Notes under the pieces: generated by a model
What the model saw: only the letters and a program-made list of their open reading frames with translations
Database searches by the model: none
Told to the model about the DNA's origin: nothing
Position numbers and translations under genes: made by a program
Shown here: piece by piece, positions 25,301 to 37,329 of the stretch
Numbering within the stretch: the stretch's first letter is position 1
How the letters are laid out: every line of letters begins with the position of its first letter
From: Antedon mediterranea
Lineage: Eukaryota; Animalia; Echinodermata
Direction of reading: 5' to 3'
DNA: 64,000 nt
NCBI RefSeq assembly: GCF_964355755.1
Contig: NC_092678.1
Location: 8,758,422 to 8,822,421, forward strand

Positions 25301-27937
25301 CCTCAATATCAGCTACGAGCGCTATTTTACCTTGCCGAAATCGCAACAGCACTCCTAGCAAACTGCTAGTAAGATTTGGTCCAGGGAGAAGACAGTCGTT
25401 CAACGACACACCTTCTGCTTTGGCCGCACAGTCGAAAACTACTCGCAGTTTTTGCTTCTGAGGGTGATAAACACCATGATGCGGCACGTACCAACACTGT
25501 CTATTCTTTGTCACTTCACCTACTGGCACCTTCTCAGCAAATCCTTTCTCAACCAAACCTTCCATGTATGAGCAATATTCTTGCTTGTATTTGTCATCGT
25601 TCGTTAGTCGTTTCTGCAAAGATTTCAACCTTTTCTCTGCCAAATACCAGTTGTTTGGTAGTTTTACTTGACCTTCCTTTAACGGCAAGGCGACACAATA
25701 ATGACCATCAACCATAGTGCTGCCTTTCTCAACTTTAGATATAAATTCCTTATCTTCAATGGAAAGTTGCTGTTCCTGATTAAGTCCCTTTTCTGGAAAG
25801 TCCATTTCTAAGGATCCTTGATATAACTTCTCTAATCTTGTTTCCTCATGTGTAGAGTTATTATAGGCCACAAGTTGAGTTCTGTAAGAAGCATGTTGAC
25901 TGGCTCTCTTTCCCTTTATCAATCCTCACACAATCCACCCAAGCTTGGTTCTTGTTACATGCGGTGCGTCTTCAGGACCAGTCTTGATCTCGAGGGGTGT
26001 GTAAGCTCCTGGAACCTTCATACTAATCAGCAGCCCAACGTCGGCCTCAATATAGTTGATTTTCACTCCACTCAGATGGGGCCACTTATCTATTTCTTCT
26101 TGCGTGGGTATTAAATTCCGCTCAATAGGTAAGTTTTCTTTCGAGAAGGCCAAAGGAATCGTCACATCATTTTCTTTCCCAGCCAAAGCCTGTATTCTTA
26201 TATTCTTCACTAACTTCGCGGGGGCCGTATGTGGCACGCCCATCGTTTTGAATGAAATTGAACCTTTGGTTCCACCTACTCCTAATTGTTGCATTAACTT
26301 ATCTGAAATAAAAGAGATGTTACTGCCTGGGTCTAAAAATGCATAAGTTGTTACTTGGCGCCCGTTAAGCTTTACCAAAACTGGTACGACGGCCAGCGCG
26401 CAATCTGCATCGTCATCAACACAAGCTGATGCTAGGTCGCTACTAGCTGGTACAAATTCTTTCGACGTAGCAGCGAGCTGACTTGCTGACTGCACAGTAT
26501 TACCATTACTTGTCTGTGTAGCGTTAAGCTGACCTGCTGGAGCACCACTAATTTGTTCCTTGGGTGGTGTATCATCTCTGTGAAGAATGGTGGGATGTTT
26601 CTGGTTGCATTTTTTACATGTACTTTGTCTACTGCACTTCTTGGATACGTGTCCCTTTCCTAAGCAACCATAACATCTCCTTTCCTTTGCCAAGAAGTTA
26701 AGTTTATCTTCTCTGTTTAGTTTTGCAAACAGTGAACATTTTCCTAACCAACACCCTGACAGTTTGCAATACGGGCATACATTCTTTATGGGAGAGTCCT
26801 TGTAAGATGTTTCTTCTACGCTTGCGAATGAACCGCTCATAGTATCCTTCTTCGTATATTTTGATGGGGTCTTTCCCATTACCTTATCATCTTTTATCCT
26901 ACCAAATGTTGGGTTGTCCAGTATCCTTGCCTGTGTAGACACAAATTCCACTAAATCTCGAAATACAACTCGACGATTCTGCTGGATAGCATCAGTTTTG
27001 GTGCGCCATTTTTCACGCATCTTGTATGGAAGCTTCTTGACAATTATTTGAAGTTTAGTGGTAGCATTAAGTTCATCCATATAGCCCAAATCTAACATTA
27101 CGTTTTGACACTCTAAAAGAAGTAATGAAAACGTTGAGATTCTACCTCCGTCTTCTGCCTTTATCTCTGGGAAACCGTTAGCTCTTTGCAGATATGATTC
27201 CGCCAATTTAAACTTATTACCATATCTTTTCACGATGGCTTGCTTAGCTTCCTTATAGCCCTTTACTGGTTCCATATGCATAAAACTCTTAACAAGCTGG
27301 TTCACCTCTCCTGCAGTAAACTGCTCCAGGTAGTAAAGTCTGTCTTGATTATCAGGCACTTTTTTCTCCACTTCATGCTCGAATGCTCGAATAAACCTAT
27401 TATAATCTGTTGGCTGCCCACTAAATGGAGTCAACTCCCTCTTTGGTAAACTGGTGGTTTTTATAAACTGCATGAATGCATCATGAATCGGATCTTTTAA
27501 GTTAATAGCCGCCTTGGTCTTGGGTTGCACAGTTGCACCACGCTGACTAGATAGCTGTTCTTCCCTTACAGCATAATCTTCTTCATTGTCATCTTGTAAT
27601 GGTGGCATAGAACTATGAGTGATGCTAGATTGAATATAATCTGCTACTCTTTCTTGACTATTTCCTTCAGGAAAATCCAATCTCTCGATTGCCTATAATT
27701 CTCCTCTTCCTCCTCTATTTTCTTTATTTCCTGTTCATAAACCTGTAATTTTACCTCGTTCATAGTTACTTCAGATTCAAGTTCTAATCTTTGAATATCT
27801 GCAGCCAATTCTTGTTTCTTTAATTCAACATCCCTTTTTGCCTTAGCTACTGCCAGGTCAGCTCGTGTTTGTGCGGCTGACAACCTAATGGATGCAGCAG
27901 AGCTAGAGCATACAGAAGAACCTTTGGAGAGAGGCAT
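22350..27937 (-). pseudogene. BEL/Pao gag-pol polyprotein, interrupted
   Basis: Spans ORFs 27644-27961, 25926-27680, 23940-25922 and 23586-23921. There is one frameshift near 27670, two in-frame TGA stops (25926, 23940), a MITE inside the integrase HHCC finger, and no integrase catalytic core. Confidence 0.9.
22463..23596. mobile_element. Kolobok-type MITE inserted in BEL integrase
   Basis: TIR AATGGACCTGAAATGGA.TTTCGATTTT with TTAA TSDs at 22459-62 and 23597-600. Removing it restores HCGKNQL-INEVRKKFWIV...CINC. Confidence 0.9.
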
Positions 27938-28359
27938 TGTTAAGAACAAATACAATATCAATTAAATGAGTAGCACAACAGTAATTGAAATATTTAGATG
28001 TGTACAATATTAACACTAAATTCCTAAATGCAATAAAATCCTTGTGGAAAGTAATTAAATTACAATGCATATATATAATCAATGATAAAGTCCTTGATAA
28101 CAATATTTAGATACGGGTTTTTCCTTGATATCTTGGTTCCCTTGATGGTACAGTATCTTCACAGCAAGTATGCAAATTCCTCTTGGTTCCTCCAAAGCGA
28201 GCCTATTCACGCATCAAGAACCTCCATTAATAGCACAAATCTTACTTGACCTTTGGATATCCAACGTACATAAGCCTCCTGTTGCACAACAATGCACCTC
28301 CGATTTGTTTGTCTAGATTGACTCGTAGACACAGGTTTTGAAATGCCAAGGTTTTGAAA

Positions 28360-29224
28360 TGTAACGACCTCTGGTTGCGGAGTTAGATTCAGGTAGACAA
28401 CAACAAGACTACACACAATATACTGCTTATTCCTTATTTTTATTTTCTCCTTTAAGCTGTCAAACCTGTGATGCATGTAGCTTGTGGCGTTTCTAATAAG
28501 AAACAGACAAATATAAATGCCTATGTTAACATACAGCAGTACCATGTTATAACGAATCATGCAAATAACAACAATTTAAAGATGATCCCTGTCGTCTTAG
28601 TAACGTCAAAACTCTCAATGTACAGCCCTCTATCGGGTTACACAGAACAACGTATATGTGCAATAAATCACAATACTGTATTAAAACACTTAAATAATTC
28701 TCTTTAAATTACACTTGAGATGCTGATTACATAATATAAGTGCCTTCCTTACTATACAGGACAGATATGGCCTACAATTGTTATATCAACATTAACACAT
28801 TGAAATTAATGAACGTCTTGATCAGCCTCGTAGCAACAATGATGTAGGCTATCTGGCCTAACCTAGCCGTTCATATCATCATAAGACATAGGCAACGAGT
28901 AGGAGAAGGCTTAGGACCTTTCCAACTACTATAAATCAAACAATAACTCAATAATATCAATCTAAAGTTAATAATAAACCGGATGCTCACCAAAACCTAT
29001 GGTCTTTCTCCGCGTAACAATTTTATAATAGTATATTATCAGACGCCTATGACAGAATATGGTCTCATCCTTGCGACCATTTTATGTCTCCTCCTACAAC
29101 AACCTTAGGCGCGCACATGTCTAATTCCCAAAAACAGGGATCATCTAAAAAACTTGCACATGAACGAAAAAAAATGTTGAAATGAAATGCGCCCTCTATA
29201 TAAATATACATAGAGGACCTTACA
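28360..29224 (-). repeat. 5' LTR of BEL/Pao element
   Basis: TGTAACGACC...GGACCTTACA, followed by the CTACT TSD. Confidence 0.95.
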
Positions 29225-29435
29225 CTACTACTACTGCTACTAATACTACTACTGCTGCTACCACTACTACTACTGCTGCTACTACTACTACTACTACTAC
29301 TACTGCTGCTGCTACTATTACTACTGCTACTGCTACTGCTACTGTTACTGCTGCTGCTGCCGCTGCCGCCGCTGCTGCCGCCGCCGCCGCTGCTGCCGCC
29401 GCCGCCGCCGCCGCCGCCACCGCTGCTACTGCTAC
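29225..29435. repeat. Compound trinucleotide microsatellite (CTA/CTG/GCC)n, split by the BEL insertion (other part at 21306-21370)
   Basis: The repeat is visible directly on both flanks of the element. Confidence 0.92.
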
Positions 29436-32061
29436 GAAACTTCGACAGGCAACTTGAACTATATATAGGCTAATTAATTAATCATAATCCTAAAAACGAT
29501 CTAAAGCTAATTTAAATGCCTTTTTGAATAAAATTAGTACAGTGGGACAGCCAGTCAACAAATCGTGTCAAATTTTGACTCGGAGAGGGCGCCCTACTTT
29601 TCTAATTTAGTTCAAAATTGCTAAATTTTAGGGTGTTGGAAAAACACAATATTTGTAAATTTAGCTGATTATCGGAAAAATATTGTTGGTAAAATAAATT
29701 CATAAATGGTTTTAATATATTGTCATGTAAAATTAAATGTATTTGAACAAAACGATAATCTGTAATTTAACGGTAAAATCAACCAATGTCTTTTTTTCGA
29801 AATTGTACCCTAGAAAATCATTAAAATAAAATATTTAGAAAAATTGAACAGTCCTGAATTTAAAATCCCTGTTAGAAAAATTAATAATCTACAGAATACA
29901 ATATTAAGATACAAAATTCGGTGGTTGGGATGCAGCTCCGACTATTCAAACTAAAGGTACCACTATTTGTTCCATCGAAAACTAGCGAAACCGCCATTTT
30001 GTAAACACATCGTCATCGTGTTTATGAATTTATTTATATCGAACGATATACGCGATGTTTATTGTCCGCGTATAAGAATTCATATAAATAAATACATTCC
30101 AATACAACGTATATTATTACTTGTTTATTTATCACAGTATACATTTTAGTTGAGGAATATTTGTCATAACTATTATAATAGCTTTTATACGAGTCCGTGG
30201 CCTAGCCCTATTAGCGACCGATTGTTCCAGGGGCGGAAAGTCACTTAGCGACGTTGTGATCGGGCGCGTCGGGCCTAGCTAATATTAATAATATGACCTG
30301 AAATAAGCGGCTAACAAGAACTGTTATATACTTGCTTACAATTGTTTTGTTTTTGATGAACAAACAAGCAATTAGGTTGAATAACAAATTATTTATTCAT
30401 TTTTTTTGGGTAAAAACATGTACAAACTAGTAGTACTGTATAATATAAATTATAATAATAGTAATATTAAACTAATACAGTACGTATTAATAAAATATAA
30501 AATAGGCCTAACATACAATAAATATTCAATTTTTAAGGTCTACCACATGACAATAACATAATTTACAGAGTATGGTGTAGTAGGTTTGCATTCAAAATAA
30601 ATATTTGTATTGTAATTCATCTAAATCCTCTGCAACATACATATATATTTGTAATTCAACATTTTGTTTTAAATAATTAAATTATAGTTTGGGTATGACA
30701 ATGTCGGTAGGTACCGGTGTCATCTTTTTATCCACTTCACTCTCAGTTTGAAGTCACAAAGACAAAGAACTCTGCATCATCAACGATTCCTGAAAGTGTC
30801 AGAAAAAATAATAAATATTATTTAAAATAAATGTTAATGTCTGGTTGTATATATAATTATAATATTATATGATGACATAAAAGTAAGGCAAATGGAAGCT
30901 GTATTTTATTAATTAAATTACAGTATTTACTATTATTATTTATATAATCTAGGAGGCCTACTAGTACTAGTAGCCTGCTAGGCATCTATTGAGCCTAATA
31001 AATCAAATTAATAATAAATGAAAAATAAAATAATAATATTAATACTGATTGAAAACAACTATTTTTTTTTGCGGGGATAAGATCACCAAGCTAGGCCGGC
31101 CAGGACCAATGATACTCGTAATCTGTACAACTTAACGACTAACGGATCAGCATCAACACAGTACAACACACGTCTCGCTATCACCTATACCATGGAGGTA
31201 CCTCCATGCCTATACTGACACACGTGTCTCGCGTTGCCGAAACCACAGCTAGAAAATGTACCTACCTTTCGAGGCCTGAGAATACACCAACAAATTTTGA
31301 ACAGGATAGAAATATATCATACTCGACAATTGACAATTGATTATAATTTTTTTAATTTGTTGGGATGCACCTCCGACTATTCAGAAAATGGACAACAAAA
31401 CAGTAGTCAAATCGTACCACATTTATAAATTTCACGAGTCCCGACTTCAGTCGCCGAATGTATTGTATTAGCTTCGGTTTCTTTGAAGGAAACCGATTGG
31501 TTATTCAATAATACTTATTAGGAAATGCTTTTACCATAATAGGTAATGTTGGGCGGGTCTTAAATATTCATGAGAGCTTAAAATAAAACAGCACTTATTT
31601 GCTAGGCGACGAAAAATCGTGGTTTCAGTTTTCAACGATAGGTGGCGCTTCAAAATCGTCAATGCGGAAGTAAGTCGATTTTACACGATTTAACGGTCAA
31701 AACGCGAAGTGGCTTTCCCACTGAGTACATATATATCTCCAAATCGTACATAAAAATCTGCTGCTGCATATAGTGGTGTTTACATGCAAAAAACAGAAGC
31801 AAGACAACATGTGGCGCTATTGTATTTCACAGTAATTTGTACACTAGATTTTTTTTTCATCAGCGAAAGATTTTTTTTTTCGTACACAAAAATGTTTGAA
31901 AAATACTATTAAACGATCGTTTAATTGTGCGTGCACCCATGTGACCCACAATCGTCCAATCAAATGACAGCAATTATTATATATATTAACCATACAAACA
32001 AAATTATATATATACTTCAGTATGTATAATGAAAGAATATACCGTAATGTTTTTCTTGTAG

Positions 32062-32305
32062 GGTGCAATCTCAAACCAGCAAAACGATGATGAATGATAC
32101 CACCATGGTGAAGGTGGTTAATAGTGAATATGAAACCCATCTGCCAATGTCTGGCATTGCAAATGTTACAGTGGCCACTGTGCCTGACAGATCCATGCCT
32201 GCAAGGCCCACTGTTCATCCCGTGCCTATTGTGCCTGTAAGGCCTACTGTAAATGAGCATACATATTCAACAATTGAGCCAGAATACATTGAAATTATTA
32301 AGTAA
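32062..32305 (+). CDS. Gene A terminal exon: cytoplasmic tail with tyrosine motifs
   Basis: ttttcttgtag| acceptor; phase 2 is compatible with the TM exon. VQSQTSK...SEYETH...Pro-rich...EHTYSTIEPEYIEIIK*. AATAAA occurs downstream near 32790 and 32840. Confidence 0.8.
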
Positions 32306-32399
32306 TAATGTTGGCCATTATCTATGAATACATCCGGCTACTTATATACTGTATTAATATTCAGTTAAATTTGGTTTGTTTGTTTGTTTAAAACATTAA

Positions 32400-32618
32400 G
32401 ACCGGTATTCATGAAAGGGGACTATCTTTAGTCCTGGACTATCCTACTTTCTTAAACCTACCCCTTGGGTGGACTATCCGGTTTTAGTCCAGGTTTAGTC
32501 CAGGTTTATTCCAGGACTAAAGTTAGTCTCCTTTCATGAATACCATTTCAAAATAGTCCAGGACTAAATCCAGAGATAATCCAGGACTAAAGTTAGTCCC
32601 CTTTCATGAATACGGGCC
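32400..32618. mobile_element. PIF/Harbinger (Tourist-like) MITE in the gene A 3' UTR region
   Basis: TIR G.CCGGTATTCATGAAAGGGGACTA.CTTTAGTCCTGGA with TAA on both flanks. Confidence 0.8.
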
Positions 32619-33519
32619 TAAAACTTTGAATGGTTTAAAAAAAACACAAATTAAGTGAGTAGGAATTGTTTCATTAACGGATGCCTAAAACGTGCCATTA
32701 GTTACTGTATATAGGAACTTCAGGTTTATAGACTTCCAGATTATAGACCTTGGTTTGAATTAAATTAGATCACTAGCCAACCTCCATAATAAAATCACAT
32801 ATCATATGGGAGATTCATGAGAAACTGCAACATAGCCAATAAAATAATTGTTTTTAATATTATTAAAAGCAATAATTCTGTATTGGGACCAAAACTACCT
32901 AAATATTTCTATGGTCATTTTCTTGATCAGTGGTCATGATATGTCTTTTGGCACTTCATTAGAGTGATATCAATATGAGTGTATTTTGATATTAAGCAAA
33001 AACAACATTCGCTAGTTATTAAAAATATAAGTGTGCTCCACGCAAAAATGTTTGTACCAGCTATAGGGTGTTATAAGGTGTTTTTTAACATTTTGTGTAT
33101 TTCTGTTGTATTAGAGCAAATATAAAGATATGTTTTGCGAGTAATTTGAGACTAAAATTATAACTTTCTGACTAGTGGTTGCTGAGATATTGATGTGGTT
33201 TTTTTTTTACCAATGGTAAAAAATTAAGTTTCATGGTCATTTTTAGCAAAAGTTGTCCATTAAAGCGAATAGAAATAATTCTGAGTATTTTGACACAAAC
33301 TATGACCATATCCGCCCAACAATTTCTGAGAAATGAAAAGTGTGCTCCAAGCCAAAAATATTTGTGCCGGCTATATGTCAAAGGTCAAAATTAAGGGTTT
33401 ATTGACAGTTTTATGATTTTTATTACATTAGAACAAATATAAACATATACTTTGCGAGTAATTTGAGACCACAATTATCACTTTCTGACCACTGGTTGCT
33501 GAGATATTCATATTGTTAA

Positions 33520-34470
33520 GTTTAGGGGTAGCGTATCTAATCAGTTAACTTGTAATACAGGTGCACCACAGGGATGCGTTCTCTCACCCTTTCTTTTTTT
33601 ATTATATTCGGATTTTTATATTGATATTGATCCAAGTAAATCATTTAATGTTAAGTTTGCAGATGAAACTTGCCTAGTTGGTTTAATTTCAAATAATAAT
33701 ACATCCCTGTTTAATGAATATGTTGAACATTTTGTAGTCTGGTGTAAACAAAATTTTCTTGAACTAAATGCCAAAAAAACTAAAGAGGTTATTGTCGATT
33801 TTAGAAGTAAAAATAAAACTAATCATGTAAATATTGAAATCGATAATGAAATTGTTGAAATAGTAGAAAGTCATAAGTACTTGGGATTAATAATTGATAA
33901 TAAACTAAATTGGGAGAGCAACACTAAAGAACTCCGTACCAAGGCTAATAAGAGAATGTACTTTATATTCAAAATGAAACGGTTTAATGTTAGTTCTCAT
34001 CTCATTCATATGTTTTATTCCTCTGTTGTTCAATCAATCATTTCTTATTGTATTATTGTTTGGTTTTCTCATATCAATGTAAACAGTAAAAGTCAAATTC
34101 AGAGATTAGTAAACAAGGCCAGCAGAGTTATCGGTGTAGAAGTGAAACCGTTAGATGAAATGCTTAATACATTCATACTTCAGAAATTTGACACAATTAT
34201 GCAAGACCCATCACATCCATTACATTCAGACATCATTATAAGTAGATCAGGAAGGGTTAGACTGACACAGAAAAAATATCCACAAACCGTTTCAGATTTT
34301 CACCAATGTACATAGCATGCAATTTATTTAACAAAAACTTTTCAAGATAGTCACTTGTATCATTTTTATTTATTTATATAGTTATCACATCGTATTATTT
34401 ATTCTACTCAGGTACAAAAAATATCTCGAAATTGTTAACAATTTTGACAATAAAGTTATCTTGTATCTTG
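33520..34470 (+). mobile_element. 5'-truncated LINE (Rex1/Babar-like) RT fragment
   Basis: TGAPQGCVLSP...KFADET...WCKQNFLELNAKKTKEVIVDFR...KYLGLIIDNKLNW...DPSHPLH; tail AATAAAGTTATCTTGTATCTTG. Confidence 0.88.
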
Positions 34471-34899
34471 GCCAATTATTGACCAGTGGTCAAAAAGGGG
34501 TTTCTGTCCACTTTTGGCAAAAGTTGCCCATTAGAGTGAACAGAAATATGAGTCTTCTGAGTAGTTTGGTACAAAAAATATTCCAATACACCCAGTAGTT
34601 ACCAAGTTACGCAAAGTCTTAACTTTGACCATATTGACCTTTTGGCCCCTGTACTGACCAAGCATCCCAATTTGTTTTCGCCCAACAGCCAAAAAATGAT
34701 TTGTATTTCATTTTTTTTTTTCATGTATTCCACATTTATTTAGTCATCAATTACAGTACATCATAATTACAGTACAACTGAAAACAGGGATCCTGCATAA
34801 AAAAGCTGTAGGAAGTATAGAACAAAGGTATTGTTAATCAGCATATAGTGATAAAAAGTATTTGTTGACCTTTTTTTTATACATTTATTTTGTTTCTTT

Positions 34900-36180
34900 A
34901 AAATAACCGGTTTATTACCACCATTACAAGTGAATTCTTTCAACAATTTTGGTTCATATAATGTGTATAAACTGTTGACTGCAAGTTAGTCTTGTGAAGG
35001 GAATTTCGAATTCAGTTTCTGTTCTGAGGTTATGAGTAGGCCTAATACTGTCACAGTAATTAAAATATTTAAAATGTGATGTGGTAACGTTTGCCATAAA
35101 TCCTTTGACGTTTATTTTTAGTCTCTTAAACAGTGTCTCAGGCTTGTCTGGATTTAGAGAAGGTAATGTATTTTACAGCTCTCTTTTGGAGTTAGTTAGT
35201 ATTACTTTTAACGTGCTCTTGTATGTATTTCCCCATAATTATTAAGTTACCATACTGAAGGTGAGGTAATACTAAGGTGTTATAAAGACTAATACGGACT
35301 TTGTGAGGAAAGAATTCTCTTACTTTTAAAAGTATACCAGTTGCCCTAGACATTTTTTTTCCTAATAAGCTGTATGTTATGTTTCCAGTTAAGATTTTCG
35401 TTTAAAATTACATTTTCTTTTCTGTAATAACACATCATTCATTTTTATTTTAAACTCGTTTTTATCAAAGTACTTTTGGTTAGTTCTAAACACAACGTAA
35501 TTAGTTTTGCTGACATTCAGTAACAGCTTATTTGCTTTAAGCCATACGTTTATTTTTTCTAGTTCAATATTCATAGTATGGTTTAACACTGTAGGGTCAT
35601 CTCCCCTTGTTATACAAGTTGTGTCGTCAGCAAAACTAATTATATGTCTATTTTACTACTTGCTCGACTTATATCATTGATGTAAATCAAAAACAAAACG
35701 TGGTCCTAAAACAGAACCCTGTGGCACCCCTATATTGGTGTCTTTTAAACATGATGATCTACCATTGGCAGGAACATATTGTTTGCGGCCACTTAAGTAG
35801 TTTCTAAACCACATTAAAACGATGCCTCTTATACCATAATGAGCCAATTTGCTCAACAGAATACTGTGATCGATAATGTCAAACGCTTTTGACAAATTCA
35901 TAAAGGTAGTAAGTGCATATACCCTTTTTTCAAATGCATTTAATATTCTATGGACCAAGTCGATCATAGCATGAGAAGTTGAGTGTTTGTTTCTAAATCC
36001 ATATTGATTGTTGCTTAACACTTTAAATTTTGTAAGATAATTGTATAATTGATTATTGATTATCTTTCAAAAACTTTCGAAAAAATTGGCAACAGCGATA
36101 TGGGACGATAGTTTGAGGCCAAATGGCGGTCCCCTTTTTTATGTATAGGAACTACTTTGGAAATTTTCAACTTCCCTGGT
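34900..36180 (-). mobile_element. Decayed CR1-group (Crack/Daphne-like) LINE fragment
   Basis: [39 protein letters not shown] and WLKANKL.LNVSKTNY, spread across frameshifts. Confidence 0.9.
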
Positions 36181-36189
36181 GTCAGTCCA

Positions 36190-37155
36190 GTACGCTCACG
36201 TACCATCTAGGTCGTATCCACAGATGGTTCTCGAATACACAGTAATTTCAGCGTAAAAAACTGGCGATTTCAAATGTACGTACCGCGGACTATAAAAACA
36301 TTGTCGTTTTCAGAAACGAATAAATAGACACGATGATTAATGTAGTCAACTAAAATTTGCACACTGGGAATTAGGCCTACTTCCGAAGGAGAAGCTTGTC
36401 TTAAAATGAGTCCAAAAAAATAAAACTGTCCCTGTTATAGTCGATTGAAATAGTAAAGTACATGTAACGATACACCACTACGACGTTTATATTTTTTACA
36501 ATTACTAATTAATACAATAAACAGTAAGAACATTTCGATTGAAATGGTGACCAAAAATGGTTATCACGTACAGTATTTACAATATTGTCAAAGTATTGCA
36601 ATATCTCAGTTTTAGGTTTATTCTCAAAGGGCCCATAAATTTACCTACTTGTGTTAAACCAATTTACCTACAAACTGAGAGTCTGAGAGATTGGAATGTT
36701 CCTTTCATCGCAAATCAATACATTTGTAAAAACGTACATTAAATCTATCAAAATAGTATTTTTTTTTTAAAAATCGGCATGTCTTCAACATTATGATACT
36801 GTACTCGAGCTGTTCAACCGGTTTTCAGCTATTAAAAACAATTATCGTAGGAGGAGATAGGAAAATTCGAAGCATCCTCGGATTATTGTGTGCAGGTATT
36901 TTTTAAGAGGACATCCATTAGACAGTGTATACTACGGTCGGAAAACACCCCTATTTGGGGCAAATCGTTCAACCTAAATTCATTTTAATTGTCAATAACT
37001 AATTATCTAACTCAATTTAATTAGTAAACAGGGTTACATCTGGTGGTTTAAATCAGTACTGAGATTCTAACCAACTTAATATACCATCCAGTAAACATTC
37101 TAGAAATAACGCGCGATTTACCGAATTTTGCCAATACGTAAATTTATATTATAGA
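36190..37155 (-). mobile_element. Non-autonomous Helitron, copy 3 (partial hairpin end)
   Basis: TACGCTCACGTACCATCTAGGTCG at the left end and a conserved body ending ...ACGTAAATTTATATTATAGA. Confidence 0.82.
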
Positions 37156-37329
37156 TATATCAGCGGCTTTAAAATATTGTATTTTACTTCCTTTACAACT
37201 TTTGCTGAAATGTCATCAAATCCGGGGACTTTGTTTGAATCGAGAGATTCAATAACTTTTAGTACTGATATAAGGTAGCAAAAAAAGCATTGTTAACATA
37301 GTTTGCTAGAGGGTGCAGGTAAACCCTTT

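Larger units (their letters stand above)
21371..29224 (-). mobile_element. BEL/Pao LTR retrotransposon, defective
   Basis: Two LTRs (TGTAA...TTACA), 5-bp TSD CTACT, and a purine-rich PPT next to the 3' LTR. Gag has a BEL zinc knuckle (CYGCLGKGHVSKKC..C..C..H), followed by protease FLDPGS, RT FYVDD, RNase H HVFADAS/IPRLEL and the integrase HHCC finger. Confidence 0.96.

Noticed and set aside
29182-29457. Poly-Thr/Ala ORF and its antisense poly-Ala/Val ORF
   Set aside because: Translation of a trinucleotide microsatellite starting in the LTR.
29538-31725. Possible Transib or Tc1-like element with CAGTGGGA.AGCCA inverted ends
   Set aside because: A short inverted match exists, but no TSD or coding remnant could be confirmed, so it was left unclassified.
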